32,000 bases of DNA from Acaryochloris marina MBIC11017 (GTDB taxonomy: Bacteria > Cyanobacteriota > Cyanobacteriia > Thermosynechococcales > Thermosynechococcaceae): the NCBI RefSeq assembly GCF_000018105.1, contig NC_009925.1:1-32000 (forward strand). Reading direction: 5' to 3'. The translations under genes and the position numbers were made by a program. This document shows positions 8,052 through 18,825 of the stretch, piece by piece (position 1 is the stretch's first letter; every line of letters begins with the position of its first letter). The notes below the pieces were generated by a model. The model made no database searches. It had not been told where the DNA came from and was given only the letters and a program-made list of their open reading frames with translations.

Positions 8052-8125
8052 CAGGCGCGTCCCCTAGACAGGCACTATGATTGAAATCACTATTGAAGGC
8101 TGCGGTGGTTGATCAAAGGCCCATA

Positions 8126-8617
8126 TCAATCAGGAAGTGATTCATAGGTTACGGCAGGCTTTAATGCGCGCACTAAATCATGCCGTGTAATGATGCCTAT
8201 CAAATATTGGTCGTTATCAACCACTGGTAAACGGTTGATCTTTTTAGACAACATCAAGTTGGCTGCAGACGTTAAGGGGATATCTGGCTTAGTGGTAATC
8301 GGTTGGCTCGTCATAACGTCCTGAACCAACATACCCAACGCCTTTTGCATATGCTGATGGAATTGCTTCGGAGACTCAAAGTATATGACGCTCCCTAGCA
8401 ATGTCATATACAAAGGAGGTTGCATGGGGGATTCTCTAACGAGCAAATCGCCTTCTGAGATAATGCCAACAACATGATTCGAGGCATCCACCACCGGCAT
8501 TCCACTGATTCGATGATCCTCTATGAGCTTGATCACTCTCTCTATTGAGTCCGTGGGAGAGATAGTAATAGGATCAGGGGTCATAAAGTCTTTGACTACG
8601 GGATGAGATTCTGCCAT
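8126..8617 (-). CDS. CBS domain pair protein
   Basis: Two CBS repeats (VKDFMTPDPITISP...GMPVVD...GIISEGDLL and VQDVMTSQPITT...RLPVVD...GIITRHDLV). Confidence 0.85.
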   Translation of the reverse strand: MAESHPVVKDFMTPDPITISPTDSIERVIKLIEDHRISGMPVVDASNHVVGIISEGDLLVRESPMQPPLYMTLLGSVIYFESPKQFHQHMQKALGMLVQDVMTSQPITTKPDIPLTSAANLMLSKKINRLPVVDNDQYLIGIITRHDLVRALKPAVTYESLPD

Positions 8618-8663
8618 TAGCCCACCTATTTATATGTGAATTGTCCAAATGGACGCGCTAGGA

Positions 8664-9083
8664 TTACAACGATGAGGAAGTGGAAACTCTTGCTTTGATA
8701 AAGCCCCAATCTGGGCGTAAATGCCTGGCCCCTCTTTGATATATATGATGGATCGCCTGGTTCGGATCTGCAGTATTAAAATGGATCAAACAGCGGATAC
8801 AATATTCCAGATCACTTGATACATGCATCTGCTGCACATCTAGGAGAGGGACTGTATCCCAGTTGGGACGCTGGCGAGCGATTGCTGCAGGAAAAATGGC
8901 ATCTAAATCCCGAGTCACGGAAAACGTTACGCTAATAATTTCATTCACATCCAGAGAATTCTCTGACTCAATGGCCAACATGAGCTCATTCACGGCTTCC
9001 CGTATTGCGGCTACGGAATTCTCAGTTGCTGTCGTTGCCCCGCGGATTGCCCTCACTTTCCATGACACAGAATTATCCTCCAT
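8664..9083 (-). CDS. aroH: Chorismate mutase, AroH type
   Basis: The WKVRAIRGATT N-terminal signature and the AroH-like core. The start is placed at the internal Met (MEDNSVSWKV) rather than at 9185. Confidence 0.75.
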   Translation of the reverse strand: MEDNSVSWKVRAIRGATTATENSVAAIREAVNELMLAIESENSLDVNEIISVTFSVTRDLDAIFPAAIARQRPNWDTVPLLDVQQMHVSSDLEYCIRCLIHFNTADPNQAIHHIYQRGARHLRPDWGFIKARVSTSSSL

Positions 9084-9274
9084 AGCTAAATCATGCCTCA
9101 GGATTTGCGAAAACCTGCGCCATGTTAGCAAACTTGACATCTTAAGGGAATTGACCCACATCACAGAAAATCTGCGATTTTCCATACTAACTGTTTATTG
9201 AATCATGTAAGGCTCATTAAAGCTAAATTGGATGCAATGTCAATTTAGCTCTAAACCCTTGAGAAGCATGATAT

Positions 9275-10096
9275 TTAAGGTCGATAGAGCCACAAGGGTA
9301 AGCCATTCGTTGCTATCTCAAAATTCACCCAATCCGCAACTTGGGGAGGTACAGACCAGGAAGATTGGCGGCTACCGGGTAGCAGCTTACTCCAAAAGGA
9401 TTTATGTTCTTCTATTGTGTTGCATTTGGCCTTCTCAGGATCTAGGCCTGCTAGTTCAGCCGCCCAGCACCGGGCATCTTCTTCTGTTCCTAATCGATCC
9501 ACTAGGCCAAGTTCAAGCGCTTGTTGTCCCGTGAAGACACGCCCATCAGCAAATTGCTTAACGGCGTCTACTTCTAGGTTTCGACCTTCTGCCACAATCT
9601 CCACAAACTGAGAATAGCTGCTGTCAATCAGATCTTGGAGGATTTGACGCTCCGGTTCAGTTAACTCTCGATCAAAGGCGAGAATGTCTTTGTAGGGACC
9701 AGACTTGATGACCTTAAAGGAAACCCCCACCTTATCTAATAGACGTTCCAGATTATTCCCTCGAAGGATCACGCCAATACTGCCGGTGATGGTACCTGGG
9801 TTAGCCATGATATGTTCAGCCCCCATGCCAATATAGACCCCACCAGAAGCCGAAATATTGCCAAAGCTGGCAACAATCTTGATTTTTTCTCGCAATTTGA
9901 TCAGAGCACTGTAAATTTCATGGGAGTCAACGACCGTTCCTCCTGGACTATCGATACGGAGGAGAAGCACTGGATAGCCTTTCTCTTCAATCGTTTTGAG
10001 GGCTTCCAAGACATGCTTTCGGGTTGCGCCTGCGATCGCACCTTTGATCTCCAAACGGGCTATTTGTTTGCGGGCACCTTTAAACGGCCAAATCAT
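9275..10096 (-). CDS. sppA: Signal peptide peptidase SppA, 36K type
   Basis: LRIDSPGGTV, SGGVYIGMGAEHIMANPGTITGSIGV and LVDRLG motifs. ATG 10096 is preferred over TTG 10102. Confidence 0.85.
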   Translation of the reverse strand: MIWPFKGARKQIARLEIKGAIAGATRKHVLEALKTIEEKGYPVLLLRIDSPGGTVVDSHEIYSALIKLREKIKIVASFGNISASGGVYIGMGAEHIMANPGTITGSIGVILRGNNLERLLDKVGVSFKVIKSGPYKDILAFDRELTEPERQILQDLIDSSYSQFVEIVAEGRNLEVDAVKQFADGRVFTGQQALELGLVDRLGTEEDARCWAAELAGLDPEKAKCNTIEEHKSFWSKLLPGSRQSSWSVPPQVADWVNFEIATNGLPLWLYRP

Positions 10097-10467
10097 GGGC
10101 AATATTTATTACTGACTGTTTTCAACACTATCAATCTGGGAATGGATTAAAAAATGATCGACCCAAGCGTAACACTCCAGGACCAGCCCATTGTGAAAGC
10201 ACGCCGCCCATTCAATCACCCTTAAGGTTCCCAAAGCCTGTATTGTAGCTTGGTCATCTCTACAATGCTCACATCGGATAACCGCCCCACTAAATTGTGA
10301 ACACCGAAGCATCGGTCTTATAATCGAAACAAAGGTTACAGAAAGTTTAAATTTCTCAGACTAGATTTACTAAACCTGGGACGTTTGTGACTTTCTTTCA
10401 TCCGTTGTGCTTTGAGACCAGCTTAAATAAAGCCAATTTCTCTTTTCAATCCTTGCTACGGGTCATT

Positions 10468-11535
10468 ATGCAATTTAGTCTGCCTCACTCTCAACGCATT
10501 CCCAATCGTCTGACCTTGATCGCCCCCTTCTTCCTATGGGGAACCGCGATGGTTGCCATGAAGGGGGTTTTGGCTCACACCACTCCCCTCTTTATGGGGG
10601 GCTTGCGCATTGCCCCCGCTGGGCTTCTGGTTATCGGAGTCGCTCTACTCTTGGGTAAGTCTCAGCCCAAGGGATGGCGAGCCTGGCTATGGATATTGCT
10701 ATTTGCCCTAGTCGATGTCACCCTATTCCAAGGTTTTCTTGCATTAGGGCTCTCCCATACCTCTGCAGGGCTTGGTTCTGTGATGATCGATTCACAGCCC
10801 CTCGTGGTGGCCTTACTGGCGCTGGTCCTATATGGGGAGCGAATTGGGCTGTGGGGATGGTTGGGATTAGGCATTGGCGTGAGCGGGATTAGCTGTATTG
10901 GGTTGCCTGATGAATGGATTTTACAGTTGGGGTCTGGGGAATGGCTGCAACAAGATTGGCAGCAGGTTTTTAATTGGCAATACCTAAATCAGCTCACTCA
11001 AAGTGGGGAGTTTCTGATGCTGCTAGCGGCCCTGTCAATGGCAGTGGGGACCGTGATGATCCGCCAAGTGTGCCGTTACGCCGACCCCATCAGTGCCACC
11101 GGTTGGCATATGGTCATTGGGGGACTTCCCCTGTTTATAGGGTCTGGACTTTGGGAATCTGAGCAATGGGTCCATCTAACCCAAATTGATTGGCTCTCTA
11201 TTGGCTATGCTGCCGTTTTTGGCAGTGCAGTTGCCTATGGCCTCTTTTTCTATTTCGCGTCTAAGGGTAACTTAACCAGCCTCAGTTCCTTAACATTTTT
11301 AACGCCAGTCTTTGCCCTGATCTTTGGCAATCTGTTTTTGGCAGAAGTTCTCAGCCCGATCCAAACCCTGGGCGTCTGCCTCACCCTCGTCAGTATTTAT
11401 TTCGTTAACCAAAGAGAGCAGCTTCCCACCCTGGGACATCTATGGTCGTCTCTAGAGCTTCGGATGTTGGGTACCAAAGATTCTAAAACTGCGGAGATTC
11501 CGGTCCGAGTTGATCCCAAAACGACCGTTAAATAA
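10468..11535 (+). CDS. EamA/DMT-family membrane transporter
   Basis: About 10 hydrophobic helices with two EamA-like halves. The start is placed at MQFSLPH. Confidence 0.7.
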   Translation: MQFSLPHSQRIPNRLTLIAPFFLWGTAMVAMKGVLAHTTPLFMGGLRIAPAGLLVIGVALLLGKSQPKGWRAWLWILLFALVDVTLFQGFLALGLSHTSAGLGSVMIDSQPLVVALLALVLYGERIGLWGWLGLGIGVSGISCIGLPDEWILQLGSGEWLQQDWQQVFNWQYLNQLTQSGEFLMLLAALSMAVGTVMIRQVCRYADPISATGWHMVIGGLPLFIGSGLWESEQWVHLTQIDWLSIGYAAVFGSAVAYGLFFYFASKGNLTSLSSLTFLTPVFALIFGNLFLAEVLSPIQTLGVCLTLVSIYFVNQREQLPTLGHLWSSLELRMLGTKDSKTAEIPVRVDPKTTVK

Positions 11536-11541
11536 TAGCCC

Positions 11542-12798
11542 CTATTCCCCCGGACTAGGGTTCGGGAGAACGCTATTTAACAACACTCCCATTAGGCTGG
11601 ACAGCCCAATACCTTCCAAGGAGAACTGGCCTATGGTTAGGCTCATATTCCCCGCTCCTAACACTAGAATCACCCCCACAATAATCATGTTGCGGGACTG
11701 CAGCAGGTTACTCCCAGACTGAACCAAACTGTTAATTCCCACTACGACAATGGTGCCGAACAGCACCACCAACACCCCTCCCATAACGGGTGGGGGAATG
11801 GTCCTTAATAAAGCTCCTAATTTACCGGAGAAGGACAGCATAATGGCAATGAGGGCAGCCCAGGTCATAATGCCAGGATTAAATGCCCGGGTCAGGGCAA
11901 CTGCACCCGTAACTTCTGAGTAGGTGGTATTGGGAGGGCCTCCCAACAATGCTGCAATTGAAGTGGCCACACCATCGCCTAAGAGAGTGCGATGCAGTCC
12001 TGGATCACGCAATAAAGGGTTGCCAGTGATGGAACTGATCACGAGGATATCGCCGATATGCTCAATGGCCGGGGCAATAGCAACGGGCACAAAGAATGCG
12101 ATCGCAGGCCAATGCAGGGTCGGTAAAGTAAATTGAGGCCGCATTAGCCAAGGCGCTGCCACAACAGGGGAAAAATCCACAATCCCCAACAGTAAGGCAC
12201 CGACATATCCCACACTAATCCCCATCAAAATCGGGACTAATTGAAACGTTCCTCGGGCCAACAGGGCCGCCACAATCGTTGTGGTTAAGGCCAAAGCAGC
12301 TAGGAACTGTGCCGTCCCCACGCCATAACTAGAGCCTGCCTCAGACGCCATTTGAATCGCGATGGGGGCCAAAGATAGGCCAATCACCATGATCACAGGC
12401 CCCGTCACGATCGGTGGTAACACTTTCAAAATTGAGTCTGGCCCCCGCCACAGCACCAACATACTTAAAAGCATGTACAAGAATCCAGCCGCGACCAACC
12501 CGGACATCGTTGCAGCCAAACCAAATTGTTGGATACCAGCGGTAATCGGCGCAATAAAGGCAAAGGAAGAAGCCAAAAAAACAGGGACTTTGCCTTTAGT
12601 AATCAGTTGAAAGACCAGCGTTCCCACTCCCGCCGTGAATAAAGCCACATTCGGATCTAAGCCTGCCAGGATAGGAACTAAGACCAACGCCCCAAAGGCG
12701 ATAAACAGCATTTGCGCCCCCAGGATGATGTCCTTGAGGCGGAAGGAGTAGGAACTGGGAGATTCAACCGGATGAGGCGGGCTAAGGTTCATAAACAA
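11542..12798 (-). CDS. NCS2-family nucleobase (uracil/xanthine-type) permease
   Basis: Polytopic membrane protein with VPVFLASSFAFIAPI and PPNTTYSEVTGAVALTR signatures. Confidence 0.8.
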   Translation of the reverse strand: MFMNLSPPHPVESPSSYSFRLKDIILGAQMLFIAFGALVLVPILAGLDPNVALFTAGVGTLVFQLITKGKVPVFLASSFAFIAPITAGIQQFGLAATMSGLVAAGFLYMLLSMLVLWRGPDSILKVLPPIVTGPVIMVIGLSLAPIAIQMASEAGSSYGVGTAQFLAALALTTTIVAALLARGTFQLVPILMGISVGYVGALLLGIVDFSPVVAAPWLMRPQFTLPTLHWPAIAFFVPVAIAPAIEHIGDILVISSITGNPLLRDPGLHRTLLGDGVATSIAALLGGPPNTTYSEVTGAVALTRAFNPGIMTWAALIAIMLSFSGKLGALLRTIPPPVMGGVLVVLFGTIVVVGINSLVQSGSNLLQSRNMIIVGVILVLGAGNMSLTIGQFSLEGIGLSSLMGVLLNSVLPNPSPGE

Positions 12799-12894
12799 AC
12801 GGTACCGGTTTTGAAATTTCTGTTTTTCCAGTATCAGTCAGCCTTTTTGGGGATCAAGATAGCGCCAGGATTTTCTTCATACTTGGCTCAAACA

Positions 12895-14004
12895 TCAATC
12901 TCCATCAATTTGGGTGATCCACTGCATCTGTTGATGAATGGCTAATAATTGCCGCTGGATGTGCCGTAACTGGCGAGCTTGGTACACAAGCCCTTGCATA
13001 TCTACCTCAAGCAGCTCCAGGTCATTGACAAGGGACACATACTGAACTTGCAAGGGGGTTAGTGCCACCACGATTTGTTCTTCAATCTGAATCGGAGAAA
13101 GGGCCGTATCGGATGTTGACGACTTCACGCTATTGAGATCGGGATGCAACCTTGCCATCTCCTCCTGCAGCTGATGGAGAGAACGCTGCAGGTTCTGTTG
13201 ATCCGTATTGAAGGGGAGCAATTGTTCTGATAACACCTTTTGGATAGATACCAACCGATGATCTAAAGATGAACTTTGTTCATAAAGGCAACTTAAACTC
13301 TCTCCCTGCGAGGTTGCGAGATCAGACGAATTTTTCTGGTTCATAGAGGAAGTAAGAGTGTCTAGCTGAGCCTGTAAAGACTGCACCTCCCCACACCAAT
13401 CTCGAACCAGTTCTGCTACTTTTGGGTTTTGATCTATCGAGCGCGGAGTATTTTGGTAGCGTTGTAGGGTCGTTTTCAGAGCTGACATAGCTGCCAACCT
13501 AGCTGTAGGGGTGCTGATTTCCTGTAAGTCTTGCATTAGGGCCATTAGCGTCTGTCCGCAATTTTGGACTTGCTCTTTTAAGCCTTCAATCTGATCCAGG
13601 AAGATCGGTAATTTTTTCGCATCTACCCCACCCTTCTGTCGGGCTTCCAGACGCTTAATTTCATCTAACAAAGCATCAATAGACTGATGAAATTGAGCTA
13701 ACTCAGACTCGGTGTTATTTCGTTGATGTAGGGACACATAAGCCTGAATCACCTGTAGGTCCTGCCGTAAGGCGATTTGAATCGTATTCCGTCTTAATCC
13801 TGCATAGTATTCAGTCAGACGATCCATCTGACGCCGATTATGCAAATTGAGGGCAACGGCCACACTTAGAGGGGCTGCAGCCAACACCATGTTTTGGGTC
13901 ACACAGGTCGTGATCCCTCCAGCCACTACGATCAATGCCGATAAAAACTCTAGACCTTTAAGTCTGGAACCTTGCTCTCTTGTTCGCTGGGATAAGCCCG
14001 TCAT
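12895..14004 (-). CDS. Hypothetical membrane-anchored coiled-coil protein
   Basis: Two N-terminal hydrophobic segments, then about 300 aa of Q/L-rich heptad-like sequence. I recognise no family. Confidence 0.5.
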   Translation of the reverse strand: MTGLSQRTREQGSRLKGLEFLSALIVVAGGITTCVTQNMVLAAAPLSVAVALNLHNRRQMDRLTEYYAGLRRNTIQIALRQDLQVIQAYVSLHQRNNTESELAQFHQSIDALLDEIKRLEARQKGGVDAKKLPIFLDQIEGLKEQVQNCGQTLMALMQDLQEISTPTARLAAMSALKTTLQRYQNTPRSIDQNPKVAELVRDWCGEVQSLQAQLDTLTSSMNQKNSSDLATSQGESLSCLYEQSSSLDHRLVSIQKVLSEQLLPFNTDQQNLQRSLHQLQEEMARLHPDLNSVKSSTSDTALSPIQIEEQIVVALTPLQVQYVSLVNDLELLEVDMQGLVYQARQLRHIQRQLLAIHQQMQWITQIDGD

Positions 14005-14130
14005 GGCTGTTCGTCCTACATGCCTTGGCTATCAAAATGCGGGATTACCTCTATTCCTTGCCCATCTCTCGCTCTTAAATTCTTATTCTCTCTTTAGGTC
14101 CCCCAGAGTGGAGAAAGTCTTTACAGGAAT

Positions 14131-16395
14131 TTAATTCTGCACATCCACAATGGGCGACGTAGATGGTGCTAGAAAGGAAAAATTAGGGTTCATGGGCTGT
14201 TGTTGAACAAACCATTGAGGTCCAGCCTGAAGATGTTCTTCTAACTTCTCCTGACTCATGGGTGGAGAGAACCAATATCCTTGTCCCCGTTCGCAACCCA
14301 ATTTCTTTAAGTGTAAAACTTCTTCTTCTGTTTCAATTCCTTCGGCAATTACATCCATATTTAAGGTGCGGGCCAGAGAAATAATGGTATTCACAATCTC
14401 AGCATCTTTCGGTTCGGAGATCATCCGACTCACAAAAGATTGATCAATCTTGAGGGTATCTAAGGGAAATCGGTAAAGGTAGCTCAAAGACGAATACCCC
14501 GTCCCAAAGTCATCCAGGCTGATGGTTATGCTGCGATCGCGCAGTTGCTGCAGCGTCTTTATATGCTTCTCTTCATGGGACATCAGCATACTTTCAGTGA
14601 GTTCAAGCTTTAAATATCGTCCGTCTAACCCGGACTGAGATAAAACCCGATCCACAGTTTGGATAAAGTTAGGATCTTGCAGTTGTTCACTGGATAAATT
14701 GACGCTAAATTTCAACTCCGTTGCAGAGGCAAACTGTTGTTGATAATCTCGTAGAGTCTGGCAGGCTTCCTGAAGTACCCACTGACCAATTTCTACGATT
14801 AGCCCCGTCTCTTCTGCTAAGGGGATAAATTCCGATGGCATCACTAATCCCCGATCCGGATGTTGCCACCTAACCAAGACCTCAACATCCGTAAGGTCTC
14901 CTGACTGCAGGTCAATGATCGGCTGGTAATACAGCACAAATTCTTGTCGATCAACCGCAGACCGCAGATCTCGTTCAAGTTTGAGCAGGCTAAGGGTCTG
15001 GGCATGCATCTCTGGGCTGAATACTACAAAACAACCTTTCCCTAAGGATTTAGCACGATACATGGCAATATCTGCATCCCGCAATAATAAGGTTGGATCG
15101 TCATACTGCACCGAGTTGTAAGCGATTCCGATACTGGATCCCGTAAAGACACTATGTTCTCCCACCTGAAAGGGCGATTTTAAGGTTTCCAGGATGCGTT
15201 CTGCCACATGGATCGCATCCTCTATGCCTTGAATACCATCCAGGAGAATGGTAAATTCATCTCCCCCAAGACGGGCCACGGTATCAGAGGTGCGCACACA
15301 GTTTTCTAACAGATGTGCGATCGCAACTAGCAATTGGTCACCGACAATATGTCCCAAACTGTCGTTGATAATCTTAAATCGGTCCAGATCAATAAACAGC
15401 AGCGCAAATTGATAATCGGACGTGCGATGCTGGCGCTTCAAGGACTGAGAAATGCGCTCCATCATCAAATTACGGTTTGGTAGTCCCGTTAATTCATCAT
15501 GAAAGGCATCGTGGATTAATTGAGCTTGAGCCCGTTTTTGCTCCGTAATATCGTAAATAATTCCATCTAGGCGGTGGGGACGTCCTTGATCACCCGTGAT
15601 CACATGGCCTCGATTTTTCAGCCACCTAATTTCTCCATCGGGCCGCAATATTCGATATTCAATATTAAGGGAACCGGCAACGAGCAATTGATCAAAGAAA
15701 TGGATCATTTGATGACGATCCGCAGGATGAACCACCTCTAGCCATAAATCAGGATTACTGAGGAATGACGACACCGGATAGCCATGAACCGCTTCTGCTG
15801 CTGGGTTCAAATACAACAGTTGAAACTCTTCAACGGCTGCTGACCACACCACATCATCCAATGAATTGAGAATGCTTTCTAAACGGGTTTCACTCTCCTG
15901 CAGCTTCTGCTGTACGAGCTGACGTTCATCGATTTCCCCCTGTAATTGAGCATTCATCGCTCGCAGGGTTCTATTCTGGCCAATTAGCTGTTCATCTTGT
16001 AGGTGACTCCTTAAAGCCGCCTTTACCGTTAAACCTAAATCAGTTTCATCCCAAGGTTTAGCGATGTAACGATATAAATTGGCAGAATTAACCGCGTTAA
16101 TGACCGCATCTAAATTCGCCTCCCCAGTTAACAGAATTTTTCGGGTTTTGGGGTACTGAATCTGTAAATAACTGAGAAGAGAATCCCCCCCCATATCCGG
16201 TAAATTCTGATCACAAATAACCAAGGGGATCGGAATTTGATCCGCCTCTAATTCTGTAAATAGTTCGAGGGCCTCACCACCGCTTTCTGCCACCTCAATT
16301 TCATAACTATCGTCGATAATTCGCTGCAATTGATCTCTCAGAGTATTCAAAATCAATCGGTCATCATCAATGCAAATGATCGTGCCTTTGCTCAC
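14131..16395 (-). CDS. Response regulator receiver-PAS-GGDEF-EAL protein (c-di-GMP turnover)
   Basis: REC (IICIDDD...LVICDQNLPDMGG...KP), PAS, RLGGDEFTILL, and EAL-type EVLVRWQHP / ELTES / DDFGTGYSS. Confidence 0.9.
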   Translation of the reverse strand: MSKGTIICIDDDRLILNTLRDQLQRIIDDSYEIEVAESGGEALELFTELEADQIPIPLVICDQNLPDMGGDSLLSYLQIQYPKTRKILLTGEANLDAVINAVNSANLYRYIAKPWDETDLGLTVKAALRSHLQDEQLIGQNRTLRAMNAQLQGEIDERQLVQQKLQESETRLESILNSLDDVVWSAAVEEFQLLYLNPAAEAVHGYPVSSFLSNPDLWLEVVHPADRHQMIHFFDQLLVAGSLNIEYRILRPDGEIRWLKNRGHVITGDQGRPHRLDGIIYDITEQKRAQAQLIHDAFHDELTGLPNRNLMMERISQSLKRQHRTSDYQFALLFIDLDRFKIINDSLGHIVGDQLLVAIAHLLENCVRTSDTVARLGGDEFTILLDGIQGIEDAIHVAERILETLKSPFQVGEHSVFTGSSIGIAYNSVQYDDPTLLLRDADIAMYRAKSLGKGCFVVFSPEMHAQTLSLLKLERDLRSAVDRQEFVLYYQPIIDLQSGDLTDVEVLVRWQHPDRGLVMPSEFIPLAEETGLIVEIGQWVLQEACQTLRDYQQQFASATELKFSVNLSSEQLQDPNFIQTVDRVLSQSGLDGRYLKLELTESMLMSHEEKHIKTLQQLRDRSITISLDDFGTGYSSLSYLYRFPLDTLKIDQSFVSRMISEPKDAEIVNTIISLARTLNMDVIAEGIETEEEVLHLKKLGCERGQGYWFSPPMSQEKLEEHLQAGPQWFVQQQPMNPNFSFLAPSTSPIVDVQN

Positions 16396-16488
16396 CGTTG
16401 CTCCACCATTGTCGCTGTCGTCACTTTGGGCACATTCCGTTCAAATACAATGAGGATTAACCTGATATTCAAGCACATTTTCAACTGA

Positions 16489-18816
16489 TTAGCTCACCTC
16501 AAGGGGTAACCAGACCTCAAACCTAGTATGCCCTGGCTGACTCTGACATTCGACCTTCCCTTGGTGTTTATCGACAATTTTACGGACGATATCTAGTCCC
16601 AAACCACTCCCTTCGCCAGCAGGTTTTGTCGTGAAAAAGGGATCAAAGATCTTGGCTTGCACATCCTCAGGAATACCACTGCCTGAATCCGTAAAGCTGA
16701 CCAGAATCCCCTGCTGCTCCTGGCCAATGGTTAATTGAATGTGGCCTTTGTAATCCATAGCCTGCATGGCATTGTGCAGCAGATTCGTCCACACCTGAGC
16801 CAGTTCTTCTGGATAGCACAGAATATCTGGGACATCCTCAAAGTCTTTAGTCAAGTCGATACCGTGTTTAATCTGGTTATGGTACAAGGTCAGAACCGTC
16901 TCTACCGTGTCTGTAACTGACGCTTTGACTTTCTCGTTACTCAGATCTTGGCGAGCATAGCTCTTCAGAGCAAACACAATTTTGGCTGCCCGTCCTACAG
17001 CCAAGCGGATATTCTGAGTGTTGTTATGTATGACCGTCAAATCATAGGCAACATCCAGAACTTCGGTATTGTTCGGCAACTCCAGAATGGGTAGAAACGA
17101 CGAAAGATCAGCAGAGACCCCCATCTTACTAAGGGTACTAGCCATATCATTGGCAGGCTCTAAGCTTTTCTCTGCCAGGATTTTCTTCAAACTTCGTTTC
17201 AGCTTACGCTCCTCGCGGGAGGTTAACAGCTCCTGTTGCTGAGCCATCGCCAATAACTCAAAAAATGCGTCGGTTTGTTCTGGCTGTAATTGATCCAGGA
17301 TTTTGGGGAGCTGCTGCATGGACTTCTCTAGAGAAGATGCAATATTTTCTCCGGCAGCTTGAATCGCCCCCAAGGGCGTATTGATTTCATGGGCAACCCC
17401 TGCGGTGAGTTGGCCTAACGCCACCATTTTTTCAGATTGAACCAGTTCCTGGGTTCGCTGTTGAACCTCCTGTTCTAGAGACCGGTTATATTCTGCTAAC
17501 TGTTGTTCACTCTTTTTGAGTGCCTCTACCACCACATTTCGTTCTTCCAAGGAGATGCGCAGATCTTGAACCATTTGATTAAACGATCGTGCTAATTCTC
17601 CTAACTCATCCGAGCGGTTGAGAGCAACACTTCGCTGCAAATCTCCTGAAGAGATAGCCGTAGCAGCAGCGTTGATTTTCAAGATGGGATTCGTCACCCA
17701 CCGGGCGGTAGACACCCCAATGAGGATCGCAAATAGCAGCGCAGCAACCGATAGCCCAATGGTTGAGCGGGTATTGGCATAAATTTGTTCCATAAAGTCT
17801 GCTTCTGGAACAACAACCACACTGAGCCAATCTAAACCATGCTGATCTCGAAGGGGATTCACCTGGAGAAAATAACGCTTGCCCTCAATATCGATGGTGA
17901 GCTGTTGGCGAACCGAAATCTCCTGCAAAGTCCCAAACCGATCCAATAATGTTTGAGTGGTTGCCCGGACAACGGGATCTTTGCTTTCCAGGGCTGGTAA
18001 ACGCTGTGGACCTTTCTCGGAAGGCGTAAAGGGCTCCTCGGCCGTAGAAGTAGCAACCATTAATCCTGAGCGCTCCAGGATAAAACTCTTGCCTGTTTTA
18101 CCAATCTTGAGGGTTTGCAGAAAATCGCTAAACTGAGCAATCGATAGATCCGTTGCTAAGATACCTTGAAAGGTTCCGGACTGATCATAATAAGGTTGCC
18201 CTAAGGTAATGGCTAAAGTCGGAGGGTTAACCCAAGCATAAATATCGGTCCAAGTCGGCTTATCTTTTTTTTCGGGAATTAAATACCAAGGACGTTTTTG
18301 GGGTTCAAAATTAGGAGATGTTTCTAATTTTTTCCCCCGCTGTCCATTTTGTTTAATGGCATAGGTTTGTAAATCCCCAGAATACTCCGTTACCTGATAA
18401 GTAAAACTACCATCATCATTCGCTGCCAGCCCGACAAATTCTCCTTTGGGCGTCCCAAACTGAATATAGCTAATCCGATCAAATACCTGGATCTGTCGCC
18501 AAAAATGGCGTTCCATACTGTTGAGGTTATCGGCGCTCAGCTGCCCGAGTTCTAAAGCATTCTGATTAAGCTGGTTAACGGCATGGGGAGCAGCCAAATA
18601 GGTTTGGGTCCGCTCAGCAATATGGACTTCCACTTCATCTGTCAGCTGCTGAGCCAGGGATTCAATTGATCGTTGACCATTCTGAAATGATAAATAACCG
18701 ACCAGACCAACTGCACCGCAAACCTGCAATACAAAAGGTACAACCAGGACCGTTCTGAGCTTGTGGCGACGAGCGAGTTTTCCAGGGAAGGATCGCAGCG
18801 TTTGAATAAACATCAA
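16489..18816 (-). CDS. Sensor histidine kinase (TM-Cache-like-TM-HAMP-HisKA-HATPase)
   Basis: Two TM segments flank a roughly 300-aa periplasmic domain. HAMP (SDELGELARSFNQM), H-box GVAHEINTPL, and N/G boxes (NLLHNA, DSGSGI, GSGLGL). Confidence 0.9.
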   Translation of the reverse strand: MMFIQTLRSFPGKLARRHKLRTVLVVPFVLQVCGAVGLVGYLSFQNGQRSIESLAQQLTDEVEVHIAERTQTYLAAPHAVNQLNQNALELGQLSADNLNSMERHFWRQIQVFDRISYIQFGTPKGEFVGLAANDDGSFTYQVTEYSGDLQTYAIKQNGQRGKKLETSPNFEPQKRPWYLIPEKKDKPTWTDIYAWVNPPTLAITLGQPYYDQSGTFQGILATDLSIAQFSDFLQTLKIGKTGKSFILERSGLMVATSTAEEPFTPSEKGPQRLPALESKDPVVRATTQTLLDRFGTLQEISVRQQLTIDIEGKRYFLQVNPLRDQHGLDWLSVVVVPEADFMEQIYANTRSTIGLSVAALLFAILIGVSTARWVTNPILKINAAATAISSGDLQRSVALNRSDELGELARSFNQMVQDLRISLEERNVVVEALKKSEQQLAEYNRSLEQEVQQRTQELVQSEKMVALGQLTAGVAHEINTPLGAIQAAGENIASSLEKSMQQLPKILDQLQPEQTDAFFELLAMAQQQELLTSREERKLKRSLKKILAEKSLEPANDMASTLSKMGVSADLSSFLPILELPNNTEVLDVAYDLTVIHNNTQNIRLAVGRAAKIVFALKSYARQDLSNEKVKASVTDTVETVLTLYHNQIKHGIDLTKDFEDVPDILCYPEELAQVWTNLLHNAMQAMDYKGHIQLTIGQEQQGILVSFTDSGSGIPEDVQAKIFDPFFTTKPAGEGSGLGLDIVRKIVDKHQGKVECQSQPGHTRFEVWLPLEVS

Positions 18817-18825
18817 TCCCTTTCT

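Noticed and set aside
8863-10150. Plus-strand ORFs 8863-9201, 9232-9534, 9417-9611 and 9812-10150
   Set aside because: They are antisense to the well-supported aroH and sppA genes and have no motifs.
10109-10312. 67-aa minus-strand ORF with a CEHC motif ending 6 nt upstream of sppA
   Set aside because: It could be a real small co-transcribed gene, but I recognise no family and cannot assess its coding potential by eye. I did not list it as a feature.
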